Shown: positions 16,374 through 25,049 of the stretch, piece after piece
How positions within the stretch are numbered: the stretch's first letter is position 1
Layout: each line of letters starts with the position of its first letter
Assembly: GCA_965231055.1 (NCBI GenBank)
Contig: OZ246411.1
Coordinates: forward strand, 1-46,333
DNA from: an uncultured Candidatus Saccharibacteria bacterium
Lineage (GTDB): Bacteria > Patescibacteriota > CALEFQ01 > G965231055
Direction of reading: 5' to 3'
Length of the DNA stretch: 46,333 bases
Notes under the pieces: generated by a model
Told to the model about the DNA's origin: nothing
The model's input: the letters and a program-made list of their open reading frames with translations, nothing else
The model's database searches: none
Position numbers and translations under genes: made by a program

Positions 16374-17345
16374 TTATTTTGAATCTAAAAAGTTTTTGGA
16401 TTTCGAAAGCACTTCATTGATCTTTATCCCCACCGGACAAGTTTTTGAGCATCTTCCACATCCTACGCAACTAGGAGCACCATATTTTTCGAAATCCCTA
16501 ACAAATTTGTGAAAATACCAAAAATAAATTTTTTGTTTCGTGGTTTTAAGCACGCGTTCTCCACCAGTCATTTCACTAAATTCATCATAGAAACACGACG
16601 ACCATTCTCTTTGTCTCTTGCCTTCTCCATTTTTGACCCCGCAAACATCACACATTTCATAGCAATAGCACAAAGGACAAACCAACGAGCATTTTCCACA
16701 CGCAAGACAAATATCCCCCAACTCTTTCCAAAAATCAGCATCCCTTGAGAGCAAAATACTCTGTTTTATCTTTTCTTTTTCTGGATCCTTTTTATATCCC
16801 TCGTAAATAACATTGTTGTAATCACCGATATTCGCTTCATCGCAAATCTTTTGTCCCTCCTCTGAGCCAGTAATAAAATGATATTCTTTTTTCTGCATCT
16901 CTATGAAAATATCAAAAATCAAATGAGCTAACATGCTATTTTCATAAGTTTCTTGAAAAATATTGTACTCAACTTGCTCAGGTACCAAGCTCGTACCCAC
17001 CAAAACAATTCTTTTTATATTTTCCTGCACATATGGATCTTTTTCAAAAACCTGGAGCAAAGAAGTTATAGCTTTCATATCAAGCACATTCACACCAAAA
17101 AGCATGATTTTTCTATCCTTATTCTTGGGAAGAACTATTTTTGAATCTTTATATCTAAACAAATCTTCCTTGGAGGGCAATAGAAACTTTTTCCACGAAT
17201 ACTCGGGCATCTCTCCTCCAAAATAAATTTGATCTATTTTTAAAATTTTGGAAATCAAAATACGGTTCCCTGATTTTGTGGGAGCATAAAAAGCAAACTC
17301 CTTGATCCATTTTTCTATTATACTGTTTGTTTTTGTTTGATTCAC
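16374..17345 (-). CDS. 4Fe-4S dicluster subunit (group 3b beta / AsrA-like)
   Basis: A 323-aa ORF with CLACGKCSLVCPLCYC and CVGCGRCSKTCP motifs. Its length and position match HydB/AsrA-type subunits. Confidence 0.78.
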   Translation of the reverse strand: MNQTKTNSIIEKWIKEFAFYAPTKSGNRILISKILKIDQIYFGGEMPEYSWKKFLLPSKEDLFRYKDSKIVLPKNKDRKIMLFGVNVLDMKAITSLLQVFEKDPYVQENIKRIVLVGTSLVPEQVEYNIFQETYENSMLAHLIFDIFIEMQKKEYHFITGSEEGQKICDEANIGDYNNVIYEGYKKDPEKEKIKQSILLSRDADFWKELGDICLACGKCSLVCPLCYCYEMCDVCGVKNGEGKRQREWSSCFYDEFSEMTGGERVLKTTKQKIYFWYFHKFVRDFEKYGAPSCVGCGRCSKTCPVGIKINEVLSKSKNFLDSK

Positions 17346-17377
17346 GAGCGCAATACTATTTTAAATCAACTTATTAT

Positions 17378-17458
17378 CACCTAGTCACTAATGCATCCAA
17401 TCCCCCCCTATTCCCTCTAACCGAAACCTATAACCTGATCTCTGGCCGCTAGTACCTA
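17378..17458 (-). repeat. Degenerate TAG/AGGT heptad-like array starting at the ferredoxin stop codon
   Basis: The minus strand reads TAGGTac TAGcggc cagagatc AGGTta TAGGTtt cggt TAGaggg aa TAGggggggattggatgcat TAGtgac TAGGTga. Several spacings are exactly 7. Confidence 0.5.
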
Positions 17459-17653
17459 CTCTCCCCAACTAATAGCCTTCACAGGACATTCAGAAATAGC
17501 TTGGTCAATTTTTTCTTTTTGCGATGAATAATCTGACATTTCTTTTACTTTTGATTTACCACCATCACCACTCATATCAAATACTTCTGGGCACACGCCA
17601 GCGCAATTTCCGCAAGCTATGCATGCATTTTGATCTACTTTTGGTTTTGCCAT
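17456..17653 (-). CDS. Small 4Fe-4S ferredoxin
   Basis: A 65-aa ORF with CIACGNCAGVCP ... ECP, the single-cluster ferredoxin pattern. Confidence 0.85.
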   Translation of the reverse strand: MAKPKVDQNACIACGNCAGVCPEVFDMSGDGGKSKVKEMSDYSSQKEKIDQAISECPVKAISWGE

Positions 17654-17684
17654 TTTGTTTTATTATTTATAAATAATATCATAT

Positions 17685-18614
17685 TTAGATTCTCTCTACC
17701 ACGCGCATTTTGGCACTTCTGGATCTAGGATTTGTGTTTATTTCTTCATCCGAAGGTATGATGGGTTTTTGATTGATAATTTTTATGATCGCTTTTTTAT
17801 GACACGCACATTCGGGAAGATCCGTAGGACAAACGCATGGATTATTCATTTGTTTAAAAAGATTTTTAACTACCCTATCTTCAACAGAATGAAAAGTGAT
17901 TACGGCAACTCTTCCCCCGGTTTTTAAACTCTTGCAAGCGAGAGGTAGAGCTTTTTCAATACTCTCAAGCTCTTTATTTACTTCCATCCTAAGTGCCCTA
18001 AAAATGTCTGTAGCAAAATGTTTTCGTGAAGTTTTCACTCTCTTTGCCCCATACACTTTAGAAAGCAATGCTACTAGATCACCTACACTATAAAAATATT
18101 TTTCGTTTCTTCGTTTCACTATTTCATTTGCGATCTTGTTTGCGAGCTTCTCTTCACCGTAGTATTTAAAAATATATGCGAGACTTTCTCTCTCGTAGCT
18201 ATTTACCACATCAGATGCTTTTAGTTTTTGGCTCTGATCCATGCGCATATCCAAAGGAGCACTAGCCTCCAAAAAACTAAATCCCCTATCCATTTGATCC
18301 AGTTGAAAAGAAGAAACCCCCAAATCAAAAAGCACTCCATCAACACCACATTTGTATTTTTTAATGATCTCGTCAAAAGCTTCAGAGAAATTTGAATTTA
18401 TCGCACTGAAGTTTTCGTATTGTTTTAGACGCCCTACTGTCGTTTCTAAAATCTTTCTATCCCTATCTATCCCTACGACCTCACCCGTTCCATTTAAAAT
18501 TTTCAAAATTGCTTCGGCATGACCTCCTCCACCTAGAGTCGCATCTATATAAATACCACCAGATTTTACTCCGAGTGATTCAATGGCTTCTTTTTCTAAT
18601 ACCGGTATGTGCAT
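17685..18614 (-). CDS. rsmH: 16S rRNA (cytosine1402-N4)-methyltransferase RsmH (MraW)
   Basis: A 309-aa ORF with MHIPVL..E....L......YIDATLGGGGHA, DRD, DLGVSSFQLD and ITFHSVEDR motifs. Confidence 0.93.
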   Translation of the reverse strand: MHIPVLEKEAIESLGVKSGGIYIDATLGGGGHAEAILKILNGTGEVVGIDRDRKILETTVGRLKQYENFSAINSNFSEAFDEIIKKYKCGVDGVLFDLGVSSFQLDQMDRGFSFLEASAPLDMRMDQSQKLKASDVVNSYERESLAYIFKYYGEEKLANKIANEIVKRRNEKYFYSVGDLVALLSKVYGAKRVKTSRKHFATDIFRALRMEVNKELESIEKALPLACKSLKTGGRVAVITFHSVEDRVVKNLFKQMNNPCVCPTDLPECACHKKAIIKIINQKPIIPSDEEINTNPRSRSAKMRVVERI

Positions 18615-18749
18615 TTGTAGTATTCAATATAACGATAGTATTATACCTTTTTTTACTTCAAGAAAAAAGCGATTGATGCATGCCTTTTATCCATACAGAA
18701 TGCATATTTGTCAAAAAACCATGAGACATGCGCCCTAGAAGGCATTTTC

Positions 18750-18778
18750 TTGCTAAAATAAGCAAATATATGTAATAT
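18750..18778 (+). promoter_or_regulatory. Candidate promoter for leuS
   Basis: TTGCTA (18750-18755), a 17-nt spacer, then TAATAT (18773-18778), about 25 nt before the ATG. Confidence 0.4.
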
Positions 18779-18802
18779 AAATCCATAATATCACTTTTAT
18801 AC

Positions 18803-21661
18803 ATGCAAAAATACGAACCCAAAATAGTTGAGGAAAAGTGGCAAAAAATCTGGGAAGAACAAAAGGCTTTTAAAGCCAACGACAAAGACAAAAAACCCAA
18901 ATACTATGCCTTGGTTGAATTTCCTTATCCCTCAGGGGAAGGACTTCACTGTGGTCACCCAAGATCCTATACAGCGCTTGATGTAGTAGCAAGAAAAAGA
19001 CGCATGCAAGGCTACAATGTTTTGTATCCCATGGGATTTGACGCGTTTGGCCTTCCTGCGGAAAACTACGCTATAAAAACCAAATCCAACCCCAAGGATG
19101 TAGTAAAAAAGAATATAGAAAATTTTACCCGCCAGATGAAATCTATAGGATTTTCTTTTGATTGGGATAGAGTCGTAAATACTACTGAACCAGAATATTA
19201 TAAATGGACTCAGTGGATCTTTTTGAAACTTTTTGAAAAAGGACTCGCTTACCAAAAACAAATGCCAATCAATTGGTGCCCAAAATGCAAAATAGGTTTA
19301 GCCAACGAAGAAGCAATTGATGGTAAATGCGAAAGATGCGGAACAGAAGTAGAAAAAAAGGACATGAAACAATGGATGCTTGCTATCACCAAGTACGCCG
19401 ATAGGCTTATTGATGATCTAGATGATTTGGATTATCTAGAAAAAATAAAACTGCAACAAAAAAACTGGATCGGACGAAGTGAGGGCACTATCGCCAAATT
19501 CAAAATCAAAACACAGCAATCAGCCGAAAGCCAAAAGCCAAAAGCCAAAAGCTCATTAATTGAAATTTTTACCACAAGAATAGACACGATTTTTGGAGTT
19601 ACCTATATCGTACTAGCTCCCGAACATGAACTAGTAAGACAAATCACGACACCTGAACACCAAAAAGAAGTAGATAAATATATCAAGCAGACGAATTCCA
19701 AAACAGATATCCAAAGGAAGGATCTTGAAAAAGAAAAAACCGGAGTATTTACCGGCAGCTATGCAATAAACCCGGTTAACAACAAAGAGGTGCCAATTTG
19801 GATCGCTGACTATGTCGTAGCATCATACGGATCCGGAGCAGTAATGGCAGTCCCAGCGCATGATGAACGCGATTATGCATTCGCTAAAAAATATAATTTA
19901 CCAATAGAATACGTTATAGAACCAGTCACTGGAAAACCAAGAGAAAAAGAAGAATACAGAAAAAGCGTTGTAGTTGTCGTAGAAAATCCAAAGAATGGCA
20001 AGGTGCTTACTTTTAATTGGGGCAAAGAGCTTGGAGGATATTTAATCTTGGGAGGAGGAATGGAAACAAATGAAGACCCAATAGAAGCTGCTAAAAGAGA
20101 AATACTTGAGGAAACTGGATATAAAAATGTAGAATTCGTAGCGAAATCAGAAACTATTCACCATCACTACAGAGCGCACTCAAAAAATGTGAATAGATAT
20201 ATTGATGCGGTAGGCCTACACTTCAGACTGAAAGATGAATCCAAAGAAAATACAAAGCTCGAGGATAGCGAAAAAGGAAAATTCAAACTTGAATGGAAGG
20301 AAAAAAATGAAGTAGCTAATCTCATAGAAGACGAACTACATCATTATGTTTTTGCTAGATTTATTCTTGGAAACGCATTTACTGGGGATGGCATTTTGAT
20401 AGGTTCCGAAGATTTTTCAGGAATGGATTCCGAAAAAGCAAGAGAAGAAATTACAAAATGGTTAAATAAAAAGAATTTAGGAGATAAAAAAGTAGAATAC
20501 AGCCTGAGAGACTGGGTATTTTCAAGACAACACTATTGGGGAGAGCCAATACCAATAATACATTGTAAGAAATGTGGAATAGTGCCAGTGCCAGAAAAAG
20601 AACTTCCAATAGAACTTCCTTTTGTAGAGAATTACGAGCCAACAAACACCGGAGAATCCCCTCTTGCCAAAATCACAGACTGGGTAAATACTACTTGCCC
20701 GAAATGTGGCGCAAAGGCAAAAAGAGAAACAGACACAATGCCAAACTGGGCTGGATCAAGCTGGTATTTCATAAGATACATAGATCCCAAAAACGACAAA
20801 GAAATAGCCGACAAAAAGAAACTAAAACATTGGCTCCCTATTGACTGGTACAATGGCGGAATGGAACACACCACGCTACACCTTCTCTACTCTAGATTTT
20901 GGTACAAATTTCTCTATGATATAGGGGTTGTTCCCACTAAGGAACCTTATCAGAAGCGAACCTCTCATGGGATGATACTCGCAGAAGATGGACAAAAAAT
21001 GTCCAAATCCAGGGGTAATGTTATAAATCCTGACGACATAATTGAGAAGTTTGGAGCAGACACGCTCAGGATGTATGAAATGTTTATGGGACCCTTTTCC
21101 GAAGCGGTGGCTTGGAATACTGATAGTATTAAAGGGGTTAGAAAATTCTTGGATAGAGTTTGGAATAATTTTTCCGAATTACCAGGCAAAGAATCTGATA
21201 AAGAAATAGAGGTAAAACTACACCAAACAATAAAGAAAATCACAGAAGACATAGAGGCAATGCGATTCAATACTTGCATAAGCGCGTTAATGGAATTGCT
21301 AAATTTCATAGAAAACAAACCCACAACCAAAGAACAAGCCGAAATCTTCACCAAACTTCTATATCCATTTGCGCCACACATATCAGAAGAGCTATGGGAA
21401 AAACTTGGGCACACGCAAACAATCACCAATGAAGCTTGGCCAATTTTTGATGAATCAAAAATCAAAACCTCAACGGTCAAAATTGGAGTTCAGATCATGG
21501 GTAAAGTAAGGGGAACAATAGAGCTTTCTCAAGAAGCAACAGAAAAAGAGGCAGTAAAACTTGCAAAAGAAAATCCCAACATACAAAAACACCTCAGAGA
21601 TAAAAAAATTATCAAAACTATTTACGTTCCAGGAAAAATTCTAAACTTTGTGGCCAAATAA
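18803..21661 (+). CDS. leuS: Leucine--tRNA ligase with an in-frame Nudix-domain insertion
   Basis: A 952-aa ORF with HIGH as HCGHPRS and KMSKS as QKMSKSRGN. The CP1 editing motifs TTRIDTIFG and GSGAVMAVPAHDERD are present. A C-terminal domain is present. An extra segment at aa 378-525 carries the Nudix box GGMETNEDPIEAAKREILEETGY. Confidence 0.95.
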   Translation: MQKYEPKIVEEKWQKIWEEQKAFKANDKDKKPKYYALVEFPYPSGEGLHCGHPRSYTALDVVARKRRMQGYNVLYPMGFDAFGLPAENYAIKTKSNPKDVVKKNIENFTRQMKSIGFSFDWDRVVNTTEPEYYKWTQWIFLKLFEKGLAYQKQMPINWCPKCKIGLANEEAIDGKCERCGTEVEKKDMKQWMLAITKYADRLIDDLDDLDYLEKIKLQQKNWIGRSEGTIAKFKIKTQQSAESQKPKAKSSLIEIFTTRIDTIFGVTYIVLAPEHELVRQITTPEHQKEVDKYIKQTNSKTDIQRKDLEKEKTGVFTGSYAINPVNNKEVPIWIADYVVASYGSGAVMAVPAHDERDYAFAKKYNLPIEYVIEPVTGKPREKEEYRKSVVVVVENPKNGKVLTFNWGKELGGYLILGGGMETNEDPIEAAKREILEETGYKNVEFVAKSETIHHHYRAHSKNVNRYIDAVGLHFRLKDESKENTKLEDSEKGKFKLEWKEKNEVANLIEDELHHYVFARFILGNAFTGDGILIGSEDFSGMDSEKAREEITKWLNKKNLGDKKVEYSLRDWVFSRQHYWGEPIPIIHCKKCGIVPVPEKELPIELPFVENYEPTNTGESPLAKITDWVNTTCPKCGAKAKRETDTMPNWAGSSWYFIRYIDPKNDKEIADKKKLKHWLPIDWYNGGMEHTTLHLLYSRFWYKFLYDIGVVPTKEPYQKRTSHGMILAEDGQKMSKSRGNVINPDDIIEKFGADTLRMYEMFMGPFSEAVAWNTDSIKGVRKFLDRVWNNFSELPGKESDKEIEVKLHQTIKKITEDIEAMRFNTCISALMELLNFIENKPTTKEQAEIFTKLLYPFAPHISEELWEKLGHTQTITNEAWPIFDESKIKTSTVKIGVQIMGKVRGTIELSQEATEKEAVKLAKENPNIQKHLRDKKIIKTIYVPGKILNFVAK

Positions 21662-21665
21662 AAAT

Positions 21666-21720
21666 CACGCCCCTGACTTCTATTGTCATAATGTGACAAT
21701 ACAATATGGGGCGTGTTTTT
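21666..21720 (+). terminator. Long hairpin terminator after leuS (shared with the convergent gene)
   Basis: CACGCCCC ... GGGGCGTG encloses a nested hairpin TTGTCA-taatg-TGACAA and is followed by a T-run. Confidence 0.65.
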
Positions 21721-22840
21721 ATTTTTTCCTTAGAAATTGCCCCTTGATTTCGGGCTGAAATATCATGAAAAGAAGGATAGCATTTAGTACTACGCTAACC
21801 AAAGTTGTAGCAGGATTTGCATAAAAACCATATACACCAAAAATAAGTAAACTTGCAATAGTAAAAACTGCTGTCAAATACCAGCTCCATTTTTTGCGCT
21901 TGCGAAGTGCCCATCCAAATACTAGAAACATAGCCCCAAGAATAAACCCTGAATAAAAATCAGCTATAGATATAGGCGCAATAAAAACTACTTTTTCTAT
22001 AAAAATCCATCCTCTTGAAAAAAGCCAATAAGCTACGCCCTCACCTATAAATACAACTCCAAAAATCTGAATCATGTAAGTAGAAAGAGCAAATGCCTTT
22101 TTTGATTTAAGAAAAGCGTGAAATCCTTTTCTGATTCTTGATTCAGGAAGTTCAGTGTCGGGAAGATTACATTTTCTCATGGCGTTCTCGGCAAATTCAA
22201 GCTGCTTTTTATAAAAATCTATTTTGATTTCTATGTCAGTAGGATTTTTGGATTCTTCAAGCTCAGAATTAAGTTCAGATATTTTTAGTTTTATATCTTC
22301 TACTATCTGAAGGGCTTCATCTTTGGTAAGCAAGGTAAAATAATCTCTAAGTTTAATGATTCCACTCGCTACTGAGGCTCTTCTATTCTTTTGAAATGAA
22401 ATCGATACTATATAAAGTATAATAAATACTATTACTACAACGTATATAAGAGAAAAAGATCCTTTCCACCAATAATTGAGATCAGGAGTCATATACTCTC
22501 CCATCTCATCAATAAATAAACCAAGCCCCACTCCCAAAGTAACAGCAGAGGTGCGAAGCGCCGCATCATTTGAATATAAAATAGACCAAACGGCAGAGAT
22601 GATTATGAGTATTGCTCCGTAAAAATGATGCTGAATATGCAATCCCCCCAAATAAACAGATCCGACATTATCATAAAAGTATTCCATGAATAATCTAGTA
22701 CACAGCAAGGAAAGCAAGAAGAAAAATAGCACGCCAAAAATATAGGCAGAGGCGTTGTCTCTTGGAACAGCCTCATCTTTTATCATTCTGAGGCGCTTTT
22801 TCCTTATTTCTTTAATTTGTCTAAGTCTTGCTTTGTCCAT
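21719..22840 (-). CDS. Polytopic membrane protein with a central coiled-coil/charged segment, hypothetical
   Basis: A 373-aa ORF. About 4 TM helices in the N-terminal half and about 4-5 in the C-terminal half are separated by a charged helical linker (..EDIKLKISELNSELEESKN..). No motif was recognised. Confidence 0.55.
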   Translation of the reverse strand: MDKARLRQIKEIRKKRLRMIKDEAVPRDNASAYIFGVLFFFLLSLLCTRLFMEYFYDNVGSVYLGGLHIQHHFYGAILIIISAVWSILYSNDAALRTSAVTLGVGLGLFIDEMGEYMTPDLNYWWKGSFSLIYVVVIVFIILYIVSISFQKNRRASVASGIIKLRDYFTLLTKDEALQIVEDIKLKISELNSELEESKNPTDIEIKIDFYKKQLEFAENAMRKCNLPDTELPESRIRKGFHAFLKSKKAFALSTYMIQIFGVVFIGEGVAYWLFSRGWIFIEKVVFIAPISIADFYSGFILGAMFLVFGWALRKRKKWSWYLTAVFTIASLLIFGVYGFYANPATTLVSVVLNAILLFMIFQPEIKGQFLRKK

Positions 22841-22852
22841 AAGAATTAAATC

Positions 22853-22882
22853 AAAAGGTCTCTAATACAATAGAGACCTTTT
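22853..22882 (-). terminator. Hairpin terminator
   Basis: AAAAGGTCTCT-aatacaat-AGAGACCTTTT. Confidence 0.65.
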
Positions 22883-22898
22883 AACTATCTGTCAATTT

Positions 22899-23084
22899 CT
22901 ACTTAGCGGTAAAATAATCACAATGTCCCATGGGAGACGCCTCTCCATATTCAGCAAGAGCTTGTTCAAAATTCTTGTCAGGAGGCACGCATGCCTTTTT
23001 TCCATCTTTTTCTTGATACATTTTGCATCTCTGGCACTGGGAGTTTTCGTCTGCCCAACTAGGCGTGTAATTTACATCCGCCAT
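22899..23084 (-). CDS. Small four-cysteine protein (HiPIP-like Cys spacing), hypothetical
   Basis: A 61-aa ORF with C-x2-C-x11-C-x22-C-x2-F (..SQCQRCKMY..KACVPP..MGHCDYF). The spacing only loosely resembles the HiPIP pattern CxxC..C..GWCxxF. Confidence 0.4.
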   Translation of the reverse strand: MADVNYTPSWADENSQCQRCKMYQEKDGKKACVPPDKNFEQALAEYGEASPMGHCDYFTAK

Positions 23085-23113
23085 TTTTTTATTTTAGTGA
23101 TTAAAAATTAAAT

Positions 23114-24073
23114 TTAACTCCTTATAACCTCTTTTATATTGTAGCTGGTGGCGTGGGTAACTGAGTAGTGATTTTTTATCATAATATCAGCAAGTAATCC
23201 TGAAATAAAAATCTGAATACCGAACAAGAAAAAGAATCCTGCAAAAAAAGTCATAGCTGTGTCAGAGAGATCTGAGCCATGAAATATCTTGCGATAAAAA
23301 GCTATCCCAGCAAAAATAAAACTGGCAAGAATCATAAAAATACCCAAAATTCCAAACAAATGCACAGGTCTCGCGCTATATTTTCTCCAAAACCAAATAG
23401 AAATCATATCTACAAATCCTTTGAAAGCCCTAGTCCAGCTATATTTCGTTTTTCCTATAGTTCGAGATCTATGATCAACGACCTCTTCTGTTACTTTAAA
23501 ACCCTTGATCTTTAGTATAGCGGGGATAAAACGATGCATCTCTCCATGAAGATCCACGCCATCAAAACATTCTTTTTTGTATATTTTTAGCGTACACCCT
23601 GAATCATGAATACCGTCATGAACCAAAATCCAGCGCAAAAAATTGGCACCTCGTGAAAAAAAGCGTTTCATGGGACTATCTTTTCTATGCTTTCTCCATC
23701 CAGAAACTACATCAGCATCGGTCGCTTTCATTTTTACTAGTAACTTAGAAATTTCAGAGGGAGGATTTTGTAAATCTGCGTCTAGAGTAATTATAAGCTC
23801 TCCCTTTGCTTGCTTGATACCCGCATCCATCGCGGCAGTTTGACCGAAATTCTTTCTAAAATTTACAATGACCAAGGGTGAACAGCTTTTCATTTCTTCT
23901 AGTGTTTTATCAGTTGATCCATCATTTACAAAAATAATCTCAAAAGCCTCATTGAGTTTTTTTATTTCCTGTAAGATTTCATCGTGCAATTTCTTTACAT
24001 TGCCCTCTTCGTTATAGACAGGAACAACTACCGAATACTTTACGCTTTGCTGATTTGAATTTTCTGATTCCAT
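23114..24073 (-). CDS. Family 2 glycosyltransferase, polyprenyl-phosphate sugar transferase type (GtrB/ArnC/DPM1-like)
   Basis: A 319-aa ORF with YSVVVPVYNEE, FVNDGSTD and LDADLQNPP motifs, plus two C-terminal TM helices. Confidence 0.85.
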   Translation of the reverse strand: MESENSNQQSVKYSVVVPVYNEEGNVKKLHDEILQEIKKLNEAFEIIFVNDGSTDKTLEEMKSCSPLVIVNFRKNFGQTAAMDAGIKQAKGELIITLDADLQNPPSEISKLLVKMKATDADVVSGWRKHRKDSPMKRFFSRGANFLRWILVHDGIHDSGCTLKIYKKECFDGVDLHGEMHRFIPAILKIKGFKVTEEVVDHRSRTIGKTKYSWTRAFKGFVDMISIWFWRKYSARPVHLFGILGIFMILASFIFAGIAFYRKIFHGSDLSDTAMTFFAGFFFLFGIQIFISGLLADIMIKNHYSVTHATSYNIKEVIRS

Positions 24074-24088
24074 ATAAAAAATTATTGA

Positions 24089-25036
24089 TTATTTATCTAT
24101 ACAAGCATTATAATCCTCTACTTGCAAGTTATATTTGTTTATAAGCTCTTCTATCTTATTATAGAGTGCATTTGCATCCTCTATTTCTCTTTTTAACTCC
24201 TCAGCCGAATCTAACTTTGCGTTACCCTGATTCTGCAATCTTTTCCCCTCTTCCCAATAAGGCTCAGCCGAATCATTTCCACTAGTTTTTGCTATTTCAT
24301 TGCCCTCTGAAATTTTTGCATTTCCCGTTTCGATAAGCTTCTCGCTTTCTTTGACCATTTCATTGTACTGATCAACCAAGTCATCACCCTTTTCATAATT
24401 CGTTTGATAGTCCTCTATTTTTTGTTTCAAACTTTCATCTGGCAAAGTACAATTCGGAGAAGGTTTCGCAAAAACCTGAACCGAAAGCCAAACCTCAGTT
24501 CCCTCAAAATTTCCGAAAACAGAAGCAACTCCTATTTCCGTATATTTATCATTCATTATATTTGCCCTATGTCCCTCGCTATTCATCCACGCATCTACTA
24601 GCTCCTTTTCATTAGCAAAACCACCCATCGCTAGATTTTCACCCACCACAGAGTATTTATAACCTTGTTCGGTAACAACTACAGAAATTCCATCTCCGTT
24701 TGGATCTATATGTTCAAAGTATCCTTTATTAAGCATATCATTGGCTTTGATACTTGCGGACTTTGCAAGTTCAGCATTTTTTGAAAGCTCTGCGAGATCA
24801 CTTCCCGATCTATAATAATTTGTCCATTTTATAATCTCATCATCTGCAAGATTATTAGCAACTTTATCTGAATTTTGATTGGCGCGAAGTGGGCCAGGAT
24901 TTGAGATTTGTTCTGAAATATTTTTGAGTAGAGGAAATTTTTCTGTAAAAAATCTTTGGTGAATAAAAAAAGCACTAGCAGCGACGGCTGCAATTATTGC
25001 AAGTACAATTATAATAACCCTGGTTCTTTCTGACAT
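24089..25036 (-). CDS. Membrane-anchored CAP/SCP (PR-1-like, YkwD-type) domain protein with a C-terminal coiled coil
   Basis: A 315-aa ORF with an N-terminal TM helix. The CAP-domain signature region is ..GYFEHIDPNG.., WMNSEGHRANIMNDKYTEIGV. Confidence 0.6.
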   Translation of the reverse strand: MSERTRVIIIVLAIIAAVAASAFFIHQRFFTEKFPLLKNISEQISNPGPLRANQNSDKVANNLADDEIIKWTNYYRSGSDLAELSKNAELAKSASIKANDMLNKGYFEHIDPNGDGISVVVTEQGYKYSVVGENLAMGGFANEKELVDAWMNSEGHRANIMNDKYTEIGVASVFGNFEGTEVWLSVQVFAKPSPNCTLPDESLKQKIEDYQTNYEKGDDLVDQYNEMVKESEKLIETGNAKISEGNEIAKTSGNDSAEPYWEEGKRLQNQGNAKLDSAEELKREIEDANALYNKIEELINKYNLQVEDYNACIDK

Positions 25037-25049
25037 TTATATTTTCTAT

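Noticed and set aside
18615-18802. A T-box leader upstream of leuS (and of argS).
   Set aside because: The distance from promoter to ATG is only about 25 nt for leuS. No specifier-loop or T-box sequence (AATTAGGGTGGNACCGCG-like) was seen.
18658-18900. An 80-aa minus-strand ORF spanning the rsmH-leuS intergenic region and the leuS start.
   Set aside because: It overlaps the leuS promoter and the first 98 nt of leuS. It has no RBS and no recognisable motif.
19527-19552. The heptanucleotide microsatellite AAGCCAA x3.4 inside leuS (encodes ..SQKPKAKS..), considered as a possible phase-variation tract.
   Set aside because: It lies in an essential gene, has only about 3 copies, and sits in a variable surface loop. 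It is most simply a neutral low-complexity insertion.
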